Shown here: positions 17,466-26,164 of the stretch, one piece after another
Numbering within the stretch: the stretch's first letter is position 1
How the letters are laid out: each line of letters starts with the position of its first letter
Assembly: GCF_000015945.1 (NCBI RefSeq)
Contig: NC_009033.1
Coordinates: forward strand, 750,001-782,000
Length of the DNA stretch: 32,000 nt
Source of the DNA: Staphylothermus marinus F1
Lineage (GTDB): Archaea; Thermoproteota; Thermoprotei_A; Sulfolobales; Desulfurococcaceae
Reading direction: 5' to 3'
Notes under the pieces: model-generated
Databases searched by the model: none
Told to the model about the DNA's origin: nothing
What the model saw: the letters and a program-made list of their open reading frames with translations, nothing else
Translations under genes and position numbers: made by a program

Positions 17466-17897
17466 TAAAATCTCCTCTAACCTCTTAATAATGAAAATCC
17501 CTTCATCACTATGGTGGAGAATTCTCATAAGCTTAGAAGGGGGTTGTAGCATATATTTTATGTTACTGATTTATGAAAACCGGAGAAGTTCTTTTAGGGA
17601 CTTCGCATCAATCACAAAAATCCTCAATCCTCCCATTTTACTTTTAACTCGTGTATAATGAGAGGAAACGATTAATTAGTGAAAACAGCTAACATGAGCT
17701 AATAAGAGCTCTAGATTTCTGATAGAAAAGCCTCGCTCAGCAACTCTAAGATGAAGCCATATATTACTAGACTATTCGCTTATTTGGATACTATGGTTGT
17801 TTTGGAAATTATGAGAACTATTATTGTTTTTGTAGTGTTTATATTTATGTGTTCTCTTTGTATATTCTTATGTAATATTTTATGGTGGGGGTTGGGG

Positions 17898-19118
17898 GTG
17901 AGGGTTTATGCAACCGTTAAGGTTATGGGGGTTGCTCCTGATCCCAGCCTCCACCACAAACTCTATTTATTTCTTAGATCATATCGTGACTGGACACAGT
18001 ACATTATAGACCAGATATGGTCCTGTGACAAGATTCCTTCTATGAGAGAGCTGCACAGTAGATTCTATGGTTTATTGAGGAGCATGGGTTTTCGTGCACA
18101 TCACTGTCACAAAATTGAGCGTCGTGCCAAAGAAATTGTTAAAAGTGTTAAGAAGAATAATGGTTCAAAACCAGTATTAAAGAAACTAACAGCTAGGTTG
18201 GACTATGAAGACTACAAACTAGATCTTGAGAGTAAAACACTAAAGATAGCTGTGCTAGATAATGAATGGGTTATAGTGAAGCTGAAATGGTATAGTTACA
18301 TAAACAAGTATCTTAATAGTGATTGGAAGCTTAAGGAAATACTTGTATCTTTTAGAAACAATAATATATGGGTATACTTGGTTTTTGAGAAACAAGTCAT
18401 TCCCAGAAAGCTTAGGACAGTTATGGGTGTAGATATTAATTTCGATAATGTAACATATACTATTCTGGATATGAATGGTAAACTAGTAACGATGGGTACT
18501 ATACCGTTTAAAGGATTGAGGAAGGCTCTGCATTATAAGAAGCTCGCTGAGAAAATTCAGAAAAGATATCCTAGGAATTGGAGATATGTTAAATGGGTTA
18601 GGAGGGTTAGGGGTAGGTGGTTGAGGAGAGCTGGGAACATATTGAGGGATACATCACACTATGTAGCCAAGAAAATTGTAGGGATAGCTGATGAACATGA
18701 TTCAGTAATAGTACTGGAGGATCTAGAAAACATTAAATCAAATAATAATGGTAAAAGGTTTAATTGGAGAATACATTTCTGGGCTTACCGCAGAATACAA
18801 GAATACATCTACTATAAAGCATTGATGAGAAATATGCTAACAGTATTTATTGATCCAAAATATACATCTAAGAAATCACCTATAGGAGGAAAACTAATTT
18901 TCTTAAACTATAAATACGTTAAACTACCAAATGGCTTTATTGTTACAAGAGACCTTATTGCTTCATGGAACCTAGCACTCAAATACCTGCAGATGAAGGG
19001 CTCCAAGTGGTCTATGTGGAGCCCCAATAGCCCCCTCCGTGAAGGGATGAAAACCCAACCAAAGAGGGGGAAGCCCGTGCAAACAATTCCCAAAATAACC
19101 ATAGTTTCTAAAAGATAA
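17898..19118 (+). CDS. tnpB: TnpB-like RuvC-fold nuclease (IS605 OrfB family) lacking zinc-ribbon cysteines
   Basis: RuvC triad candidates are 'MGVDINFDN' (D), 'VIVLEDLENIK' (E) and 'VTRDLIASWNLA' (D). The probable start is GTG 17898. The track's ATG at 17751 reads through the IS left end. No Cys occurs between the E and the final D. Confidence 0.85.
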   Translation: MRVYATVKVMGVAPDPSLHHKLYLFLRSYRDWTQYIIDQIWSCDKIPSMRELHSRFYGLLRSMGFRAHHCHKIERRAKEIVKSVKKNNGSKPVLKKLTARLDYEDYKLDLESKTLKIAVLDNEWVIVKLKWYSYINKYLNSDWKLKEILVSFRNNNIWVYLVFEKQVIPRKLRTVMGVDINFDNVTYTILDMNGKLVTMGTIPFKGLRKALHYKKLAEKIQKRYPRNWRYVKWVRRVRGRWLRRAGNILRDTSHYVAKKIVGIADEHDSVIVLEDLENIKSNNNGKRFNWRIHFWAYRRIQEYIYYKALMRNMLTVFIDPKYTSKKSPIGGKLIFLNYKYVKLPNGFIVTRDLIASWNLALKYLQMKGSKWSMWSPNSPLREGMKTQPKRGKPVQTIPKITIVSKR

Positions 19119-19132
19119 TGCACGGGCAACCA
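18999..19132 (+). ncRNA. Candidate omega/reRNA scaffold at the tnpB 3' end and RE
   Basis: Three consecutive perfect GC-rich stems. Stem 1: ggctcca (18999-19005) with tggagcc (19017-19023). Stem 2: ccccctc (19031-19037) with gaggggg (19064-19070). Stem 3: gcccgtgc (19073-19080) with gcacgggc (19120-19127). The local GC content stands out in an AT-rich genome. Confidence 0.35.
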
Positions 19133-19388
19133 CTAGTGCCTATAACCACTACTATAGTAGCTAATGATTTCCGGTTCTTCCTCCACAATATATATGTCAA
19201 TATATAGGTTAGTGGCAGAACAACATACCAGTAATTAAAACACTCTAGCCCAGTCTTTACAATAAGGTTTCCTATAGCATAGAGGCTACTAAGGACACTA
19301 ATAAAATATAGTTACATGATTATATGTTTTTAGAGACAAAAACGAATGTATAGGACCACTATATATTAAATTCTATTAGGGGATCTAT

Positions 19389-19799
19389 GTGAGAAATGAA
19401 GCGATTAGATGGCTTGATGAAGCTTTATGGGATTATGAAACGGCATTAATACTTCACCGGGAGAGAAGATACAATGCTTCAGCATTCTATTCTCACCAAG
19501 CTGCTGAGAAAGCTGCTAAGGCACTATTATATTTTATCAATGAGGCTCCGTGGGGACATAGTGTCAGAACATTACTGCTAAGATACTTTGAGAAAGTAGG
19601 CATTAACCCCGATCAGGAATTATTAAGATGTGCACGTGAACTTGATAGACACTATATTCCCTCAAGATACCCTAACGCTCTACCAGTAGGAACCCCTCAT
19701 GAAGCTTATGATGAGGAAACGTCGAGGAGAGCTTTGGAAGCATCAAAAAAGATAGTTGATTATGCTAGAAAGGTGATACATGGTGGTAGAAGAGAATAA
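19389..19799 (+). CDS. HEPN-domain protein (classical HEPN family)
   Basis: 136 aa. 'AFYSHQAAEKAAKALL' and 'ELDRHYIPSRYPNA' are typical of the HEPN family that pairs with minimal NTases. 'AGGGGAT' SD upstream of the GTG. Confidence 0.8.
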   Translation: MRNEAIRWLDEALWDYETALILHRERRYNASAFYSHQAAEKAAKALLYFINEAPWGHSVRTLLLRYFEKVGINPDQELLRCARELDRHYIPSRYPNALPVGTPHEAYDEETSRRALEASKKIVDYARKVIHGGRRE

Positions 19800-20187
19800 A
19801 CTTCTAGAGAAAGCTGTAAATCGTTTAGTTAAAGTATTGAATGTGAAGGGAATAATATTATTTGGTTCTAGAGCGCGGGGAGACTGGATGCCTTGGAGCG
19901 ACTACGATATACTCATCATAGCTGATTTCAAGGAGAAATACCTTGACAGAATAAAAATAATCCTCGACATAATAGGTGATATACCATTAAATATAGAACC
20001 ACATCCATACACGCTAAGCGAAGCCTTAGATATGCTTAAGAGAGGAAACCCTATTATAGTGGATGCACTAGAAGAAGGAAAAATACTTTATGCAACAAAT
20101 GATCTAGAAGAAATAATTAAAGAATACGATAAGCTTAAAAAGAAAGGTTTAAAGCGGACAAACACAACGATACTAATACCTAGATAA
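19780..20187 (+). CDS. Minimal nucleotidyltransferase (pol-beta superfamily), partner of the HEPN protein
   Basis: 135 aa. 'IILFGSRARGDWMPWSDYDILIIA' (GS...DxD). It overlaps the HEPN gene by 20 nt. Confidence 0.8.
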   Translation: MVVEENKLLEKAVNRLVKVLNVKGIILFGSRARGDWMPWSDYDILIIADFKEKYLDRIKIILDIIGDIPLNIEPHPYTLSEALDMLKRGNPIIVDALEEGKILYATNDLEEIIKEYDKLKKKGLKRTNTTILIPR

Positions 20188-20329
20188 TATATTAAAAACA
20201 CTATCATCTTAAACACTTTAAAAACACCAACAGAACAAAGCTTGTAGTGATACAGACTGGATCCACTATGCGACTATGGTCTTAGCATAGCATCGTAATA
20301 GGAACATTAAAACACTTAAACAAACCATA

Positions 20330-21205
20330 CTATACACTAGGCCCAGCTTGTTCACCTATTATTTTCGGGTAGTTGCTGTATAAAGCTAATACTACTATGC
20401 TTGTGGTTTCAGTGTTCATGTCTCCTTCTATCACTATTTCCCCATCCACAAATCTATAATCAGTATGAACCCCTCCATGTTTTAGGTCTTGTGCTTCACT
20501 TATTATTTTTAGGCATTTCTCATATATGTAGTGGTAATTATTAACAATTTTTGAACCCGCACATTCTAATGCTTTATACAGATATATGAATAATGCACAC
20601 TTATACACAGCATAGACTCCAGTCTTATTCACAACTATGTCTCTAAAACCATAGCCGTCCCACATCTTGGTTAGGTTAAGAAAAGACTGCTCAGCCTCAG
20701 ATCTAGAACCTCTTAATAGTTTATCTAATGCATAGTAGACTAGTAGATCAGCGTAGCTATACCAATTAGTTATTGGTGAAGAATAGTTCAGCTTCTCCCA
20801 CACTATCCTATATCCATCTACTTCTTTAATGAGTTGATCATAGCTAGAATAAAATTTATCGGGTATGTCTCTGCCCAGTAAAACATCTATTTTACCATTC
20901 CATCCCCCGCTAAAATTATTATTCAAAACAGTAAGGACTTTAGAGGCTAGTGGAGAACCTAAAACCGCTAAAGCCCTGGTAGCCAAAACATTATCGTTAG
21001 CTATATAGATCGTTACATTATCTGGATATGTAGTAGTTGATGCCCTTAAAAGCCCTATGCTTGAAACATACTGGCTCTCCAGAAAACGCCTAAGCCCGTT
21101 CTCATCAATGCTATAAACTAGTTGAGAACTAGGGTTATAAATGGTTATTCCAAGACTTCCAACAACTATTGCCATTATTAAAGCGATTAAAACCCATTCC
21201 CTCAA
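20330..21205 (-). CDS. N-terminally membrane-anchored extracytoplasmic protein, unknown function
   Basis: 291 aa. A single N-terminal TM helix ('WVLIALIMAIVVGSLGITI') is followed by a soluble domain rich in aromatic residues. No family recognised. Confidence 0.6.
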   Translation of the reverse strand: MREWVLIALIMAIVVGSLGITIYNPSSQLVYSIDENGLRRFLESQYVSSIGLLRASTTTYPDNVTIYIANDNVLATRALAVLGSPLASKVLTVLNNNFSGGWNGKIDVLLGRDIPDKFYSSYDQLIKEVDGYRIVWEKLNYSSPITNWYSYADLLVYYALDKLLRGSRSEAEQSFLNLTKMWDGYGFRDIVVNKTGVYAVYKCALFIYLYKALECAGSKIVNNYHYIYEKCLKIISEAQDLKHGGVHTDYRFVDGEIVIEGDMNTETTSIVVLALYSNYPKIIGEQAGPSV

Positions 21206-21554
21206 GCTTCTCCGCCAATATTTTATAGGATAGAAGAATATTTTGAAGATTTTCGCCGATTAAATCTTTTGCTCGAATAACAGTTGAGTATCTAACAAGT
21301 TATAAAAGAGTTCGTTTAAATTGTTGTTTATAATAGGTCGGAATTGAAAAATGTTCTAGTTGTTTATACTACTTCATTATTATTAGCCGTAAATTATGAT
21401 TTGATAGTGGGGCTTTATTATTTGAAAATATGGATTCTAATGTGCTATGGCACGTAATATGCTGAGTAATATTAGATAATGTGTAATAACATAAAAGGTT
21501 TATGGGAAAATGCTCAAAATAATATATTGAAGATGTGATGAAGTATGCCTAGGT

Positions 21555-21770
21555 ATGGATGTGGGTATGGAGCAGGATTATTCGTTATATTATTACTCCC
21601 TAATCCTCGATGTCCTCATGCTTCACCCGCTAACATATAGTAGGCCTGAGAAAGCATCTTACGAGCTATATTATATCGGATCATTATTGCTTATCATAAT
21701 TGGAGCATTCATCCTCGTATTACTAACATTATTGTTGATAAAGGCATTGCTTAGACCGCGACCTCTATAA
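21555..21770 (+). CDS. Possible small membrane protein (71 aa)
   Basis: C-terminal TM helix 'LLLIIIGAFILVLLTLLLIKALL'. No clear SD. Confidence 0.25.
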   Translation: MDVGMEQDYSLYYYSLILDVLMLHPLTYSRPEKASYELYYIGSLLLIIIGAFILVLLTLLLIKALLRPRPL

Positions 21771-22066
21771 TGAGGCACCAGCATTATTTCGACGCGTTTT
21801 TCTTAAACTCAATAATTTCTAGGCATATACTTATTAGCTTTCTATTCAACGCTTCACATAAATATGGCAGGGTCAAACTCCACGAGACTTTATCTATTCT
21901 TTACATACTTGAACAACTCCTAATCACATTGTTGATCACTGATCTTTATATTGGTATAAGAACGAGGTCTATGTTTTCCACCCAGCTATAAGTTATTGTT
22001 TTCTTAGAGGATAAACGATATAATGATTGTAGGCTAGAAGAATTTCTATATGGGGAGGATGCTTGT

Positions 22067-22405
22067 ATGTATAGGTTTTTGAAGCGTGTACTTGTTGAAG
22101 CATTGATTATACTAGTTACTGCTGCTATACTGGATTATTTGTTTAATGGTTTTAGTAGGTTATTTTTCAAGTATTATTTCCTATACACCTTGATTGCTGG
22201 ATTATTAGTATTATTGGGTGTATTGTTTTCATCTTTTTACCCAGTAGTTGATTTGGGGAGGAAATCAATAGTTTATCCAGAGCTTGCTGATAAAACTAGA
22301 TCTGCTATGTTTGTTGGTCACAATGAGCTATCGTCAATACTGTCTATATTGTTAGGAATGCTTCTAGCTTTACTGATTGCTTATTTAATTAGTATGGTTT
22401 ATTAG
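22067..22405 (+). CDS. Small membrane protein (112 aa, about 3 TM helices)
   Basis: Strong SD 'GGGGAGGAT' 6 nt upstream of the ATG. Hydrophobic helices. Confidence 0.65.
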   Translation: MYRFLKRVLVEALIILVTAAILDYLFNGFSRLFFKYYFLYTLIAGLLVLLGVLFSSFYPVVDLGRKSIVYPELADKTRSAMFVGHNELSSILSILLGMLLALLIAYLISMVY

Positions 22406-22515
22406 TTTAGATTATTATGTATCTCTGTATAGTATTTCTATTTAAGGGTTTAATCACTATATGTTGATAGGTTGTTTGTTTAGGAGTGTTTGGATAAGTA
22501 GTGGTGTTGATAGAT

Positions 22516-23841
22516 ATGGTGTTGGATGGTGTTAGGAAGGCGTTATCAAGATTTCTCAGCGGTAAGGGGGATTATGAGAGAGCTGTTAAGGAGTTTATTA
22601 GGGATCTTCAGAAGGAGCTTATAAAAGCTGATGTTAATGTCAAGCTTGTCTTAGAGCTTACCAAGAAGATCAGGGAGAGAGCTCTAAAAGAAGAACCCCC
22701 GCCAGGTATTACTAGGCGTGAATGGTTTGTAAACATAGTATATGAGGAGTTATCAAAATTCTTTGGTGGAGACAAAAAGCCGGATATAAAGCCTAAGAAG
22801 AAGCCATGGGTCATGCTCCTCGTAGGATTGCAGGGTAGTGGTAAGACAACAACTGCTGCTAAGCTAGCATATTATTATAAGCTAGAAGGATACCGTGTAG
22901 GATTAGTTGCTGCAGACACATATAGGCCTGCAGCTTATGACCAGTTGAAACAATTGGGTGAACAAATAGGTGTTCCAGTATATGGTGAACCAGACAATAA
23001 AGATGCAGTAGAGATTGCTAGGAGGGGTGTAGAATACTTTGTATCGCGTGGATTCGACATAGTGATTGTTGATACCGCTGGCAGGCATCATAGAGAGGAA
23101 GACTTGTTAAGGGAGATGAGAGAGATAGCTGAGAACATTAAGCCTGACGAAGTGGTTCTAGTAATAGATGCCGCAATAGGTCAACAAGCACATGATCTTG
23201 CGAAGAAATTCCATGAAGCAACACCGATAGGATCAATAATTGTTACAAAACTCGATGGCACAGCGAAGGGTGGCGGAGCATTATCAGCTGTAGCAGTGAC
23301 TGGTGCAACGATCAAGTTTATAGGTACTGGTGAGAAAATAGATGAGCTAGAAGTATTTAGGCCCCCGAGATTTGTTGCTAGAATACTGGGCATAGGGGAT
23401 CTTGAAGGATTAATTGAGAAGGTTAGAAGGATCAAGGTAGAGTTTACAGAGAAGGATGTCGAGGAGTTTTTGTCTGGAAGATTAAATATGAGGCTTGTTT
23501 ATAAACAACTTGTTAGCTTAAGGAAAATGGGTCCTCTGAGAAAAATACTACAAATGATCCCGGGGCTAAGCCTGAAAATACCATTAGAAATAGAGGCTGG
23601 GAAAGCAGAGGAGAAAATCAAGAAATGGCTTGCAATCATAAATTCTATGACTTATGAAGAACTAGATAAGCCCGAAATAATTGATCGGAGAAGAATTAGG
23701 AGAATAGCTTATGGAGCAGGTGTTAAGCCTGAAGACGTGCGCGAATTATTGAAACAATATGAAATGATGAAGAAGTTATCTAAACAACTCCGCAAACGCA
23801 GGGATCTCCTTGAAAAACTACAGCTCGGCTTTAAACCATGA
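22516..23841 (+). CDS. srp54: Signal recognition particle protein SRP54
   Basis: 'LVGLQGSGKTTTAAKLA', 'DTAGRH', 'TKLDGTAKGGGALS' and a Met-rich M domain. ATG 22516 ('MVLDGVRKALSRF') is preferred over the track's GTG at 22501. Confidence 0.95.
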   Translation: MVLDGVRKALSRFLSGKGDYERAVKEFIRDLQKELIKADVNVKLVLELTKKIRERALKEEPPPGITRREWFVNIVYEELSKFFGGDKKPDIKPKKKPWVMLLVGLQGSGKTTTAAKLAYYYKLEGYRVGLVAADTYRPAAYDQLKQLGEQIGVPVYGEPDNKDAVEIARRGVEYFVSRGFDIVIVDTAGRHHREEDLLREMREIAENIKPDEVVLVIDAAIGQQAHDLAKKFHEATPIGSIIVTKLDGTAKGGGALSAVAVTGATIKFIGTGEKIDELEVFRPPRFVARILGIGDLEGLIEKVRRIKVEFTEKDVEEFLSGRLNMRLVYKQLVSLRKMGPLRKILQMIPGLSLKIPLEIEAGKAEEKIKKWLAIINSMTYEELDKPEIIDRRRIRRIAYGAGVKPEDVRELLKQYEMMKKLSKQLRKRRDLLEKLQLGFKP

Positions 23842-24413
23842 ATTACAAGCCTCATAGAACAGTTATTGTCTCAATAAATAATCCATGCAAAAACCTTGAG
23901 ACTGTAAAAAACATTGTTCTCCACAGCCTACTTGTAAGTCACGGGATAAGAATTGATACAATACTATACATACTAGATCATACTAGAAAAATAGCTTACT
24001 CACTAAACGGATATAAGTTAAGGCACCTATATGCGGAAGAGAAAAGTTTGAGAGGCTTTATCAACAAGTTTTTCTGCGGAAACAAATTGTTTGTTGGAAC
24101 AAATATTTATCCTTCATCAATATTCTCTATGGAAAACAATAGCTATGATCTCGTCTTAACTAATAGTAGCAAATATTATTTAGACGAAAAATTAATTGCT
24201 TGGAGCCCGTTAACTAATACATTATTTAATATATTGATAATTGATAATTACTCAATGAAACATTTATACCAATTAAGGTATTCCACTATATTAACGGTTA
24301 AAGCACCGGATACAGTATCATTCATTATTTTTAGTCACCACATAATCGATAAAGCGTTTGGTGGGTGGATTAGGCGATATGGAAGAATCGAGTATAGAGA
24401 ACCAATCAGCTAA
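23838..24413 (+). CDS. trmY: Divergent SPOUT-like protein, possibly TrmY (tRNA pseudouridine54 N1-methyltransferase, COG1901/DUF358)
   Basis: 191 aa. 'VKNIVLHSLLVSHGIRIDTILYILD' and 'KLRHLYAEEKSLRGFINKFF' resemble the M. jannaschii TrmY segments '[26 protein letters not shown]' and 'KVSPDERNIAIFIKKAL' (recalled from memory). It sits immediately upstream of, and overlaps, pus10. Confidence 0.4.
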   Translation: MNYKPHRTVIVSINNPCKNLETVKNIVLHSLLVSHGIRIDTILYILDHTRKIAYSLNGYKLRHLYAEEKSLRGFINKFFCGNKLFVGTNIYPSSIFSMENNSYDLVLTNSSKYYLDEKLIAWSPLTNTLFNILIIDNYSMKHLYQLRYSTILTVKAPDTVSFIIFSHHIIDKAFGGWIRRYGRIEYREPIS

Positions 24414-25692
24414 GATGATTAGGACAGCTAAGGCTTTGTTGGCAAGGTATCCTCTATGCCATCATTGTTTAGGCAGACAATTTGCTAAATATGGTTTGCA
24501 ACTAAAGAATTCTGAGAGAGGATATGCTATTAAGACAATTCTACAAATGATCCTTCATAAAGAACTCCAAGATAAAATAATTGATAAAGAAACTCTTAGA
24601 AAATACGCTGTAAACGCTGGAGACCCTATTACGAGACTGTATGAGAAAATATATGAGGAAAAAATAGAGCCTGCAAAATGCTATATTTGCGGAAATAAGC
24701 TAAGCGAAGAATACTTTGAATATCTTGCTAGAAAAGCGGCTGGGCTCCTGGAACAATATAATGCATATACGTTTATAATAGGTGTGTCATTGTCTCAGGA
24801 AACAATGCTTAGAGAAATAGAAGTATCGAGTTTTTCCGGGTTAGAAACTAGTGAATCAATTAAGAACGAGATTAAGAGGGAGGTTGGAAAAATAGTTAGG
24901 GATAAATATGGTTATATACCGGATTTTGATCGACCAGATGTCATGGTAATAATTGATTATGAAACAGATGAGGTGAGGGCAGTTGTTAATCCAATATTGT
25001 TTGAGGGAAGATACTGGAAGCGTGGAAGAAATATTTCACATACAATATGGTTATCTAAAACGGGGATCAAGGAGTACCCTTATAGTTTAGAAGAATTCTT
25101 CAATGATAGGCTACGAGAAATATTTGAATCTGAAAGAATAGTTCTCCACGCTTCTGGCAGAGAGGATGTTGATGCTAGAATGCTTGGAACAGGTAGGCCT
25201 ATGGTTATCGAAGTGAAAAATCCGAGGTTTAGATATGTGGATATGGATTTAATAAATGAACTGCTCAGATCAACTCTTATCGAAGCAGAAATTACTGGTT
25301 ATTCTTCAAGGGCTAAGATCGAGTATTTAAAGGGTGAGGGGTCAAAGAAGAGGAAGGCATATAAGATCCTAGTATATACTGCTGAGCCTATAACTATTGA
25401 TAAATTGAGGATGTTAGAAGAAGAGTATAGGAATAGAGTTATTCATCAACGAACACCTAAGAGGATTCTGAGACGTAAAAAAGATACTCTAAGAATAAGA
25501 AGAGTATATGAGATTAAGACTAAAATGTTACATGATAAATTATTTGAAGCAATAGTATATTGTGACGGGGGCTTATATGTTAAAGAACTTGTACACGGAG
25601 ATGATGGCAGAACTACTCCTAGCTTCACAGATATTCTAGGCGTACAAGCTTATCCATTAGAGCTCGACGTATTTGTTGTTGAAACAAAATAG
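24379..25692 (+). CDS. pus10: tRNA pseudouridine synthase Pus10
   Basis: N-terminal zinc module 'CHHCLGRQF...CYICGN', a THUMP-like middle region, and a C-terminal catalytic domain ('GREDVDARMLGTGRP', 'YVKELVHGDDGRTTPS'). Confidence 0.9.
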   Translation: MEESSIENQSAKMIRTAKALLARYPLCHHCLGRQFAKYGLQLKNSERGYAIKTILQMILHKELQDKIIDKETLRKYAVNAGDPITRLYEKIYEEKIEPAKCYICGNKLSEEYFEYLARKAAGLLEQYNAYTFIIGVSLSQETMLREIEVSSFSGLETSESIKNEIKREVGKIVRDKYGYIPDFDRPDVMVIIDYETDEVRAVVNPILFEGRYWKRGRNISHTIWLSKTGIKEYPYSLEEFFNDRLREIFESERIVLHASGREDVDARMLGTGRPMVIEVKNPRFRYVDMDLINELLRSTLIEAEITGYSSRAKIEYLKGEGSKKRKAYKILVYTAEPITIDKLRMLEEEYRNRVIHQRTPKRILRRKKDTLRIRRVYEIKTKMLHDKLFEAIVYCDGGLYVKELVHGDDGRTTPSFTDILGVQAYPLELDVFVVETK

Positions 25693-25815
25693 TATATTGG
25701 GAGAAAAGAATTCTTTATAATGGGTAAATCTTATTATCTTGAATACTAGTCTATAATGCGGAACAAACACGTGTGGACAAAGTAGTTTATATGGAGAAGT
25801 ATAGGGGAGAACAAC

Positions 25816-26115
25816 ATGGTTAAAGCACCTAGGGGATACAGGCATAGAACTAGGAAGGTCTTCAGTAAACATATTCGTGAAAAAGGAGCTGTTCCACCTC
25901 TAAGCTTATTAATGATAGATTATAAGCCTGGAGATAAAGTACATATTGTTGTTAATCCAGCAATACATAAGGGAATGCCTCATAGAAGATACCATGGAAA
26001 AACAGGGACAATAATTGGTAAGAGAGGGAAAGCATATATTGTAAAAATCACTCTTGGAGATAAGGAGAAAACATTATTTATTAGACCAGAACACTTAAGA
26101 CCTGCAAAAGCTTAG
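25816..26115 (+). CDS. rpl21e: 50S ribosomal protein L21e
   Basis: 'MVKAPRGYRHRTRKVFSK' ... 'PHRRYHGKTG'. TATA-like 'tttatat' about 25 nt upstream. Confidence 0.95.
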   Translation: MVKAPRGYRHRTRKVFSKHIREKGAVPPLSLLMIDYKPGDKVHIVVNPAIHKGMPHRRYHGKTGTIIGKRGKAYIVKITLGDKEKTLFIRPEHLRPAKA

Positions 26116-26164
26116 CATCAACTATTTATATATTAATAAACATACCTTGATCAGGTGAAGGCTT

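Larger units (their letters stand above)
17771..19132 (+). mobile_element. TnpB-only insertion sequence (IS200/IS605-IS1341-like) of about 1.36 kb
   Basis: Single tnpB ORF. The ends share an imperfect inverted repeat: LE 17786-17810 'ggatactatggttgttttggaaatt' against the reverse complement of RE 19085-19108, 'gaaactatggttattttgggaatt'. CTAG abuts both ends (17767-17770 and 19133-19136). Solo end copies occur elsewhere in the window. Confidence 0.8.

Noticed and set aside
17343-17552. 69-aa minus-strand ORF
   Set aside because: It overlaps tRNA-Leu on the opposite strand. Its Pro/Gly-rich translation comes from the GC-rich tRNA sequence.
17466-17770. Possible integrative-element att site next to tRNA-Leu
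   Set aside because: No duplicated tRNA 3'-end fragment and no integrase gene occur anywhere in the window. The adjacent element is a TnpB IS, not an integrase-type element.
17751-17897. 49-codon N-terminal extension of the tnpB ORF (track start ATG 17751)
   Set aside because: It reads through the IS left-end repeat, which is shared with non-coding solo copies, and encodes hydrophobic nonsense. GTG 17898 gives a typical TnpB N-terminus.
21770-21991. 73-aa plus-strand ORF
   Set aside because: It has no SD, odd composition and no family resemblance. It is probably intergenic.
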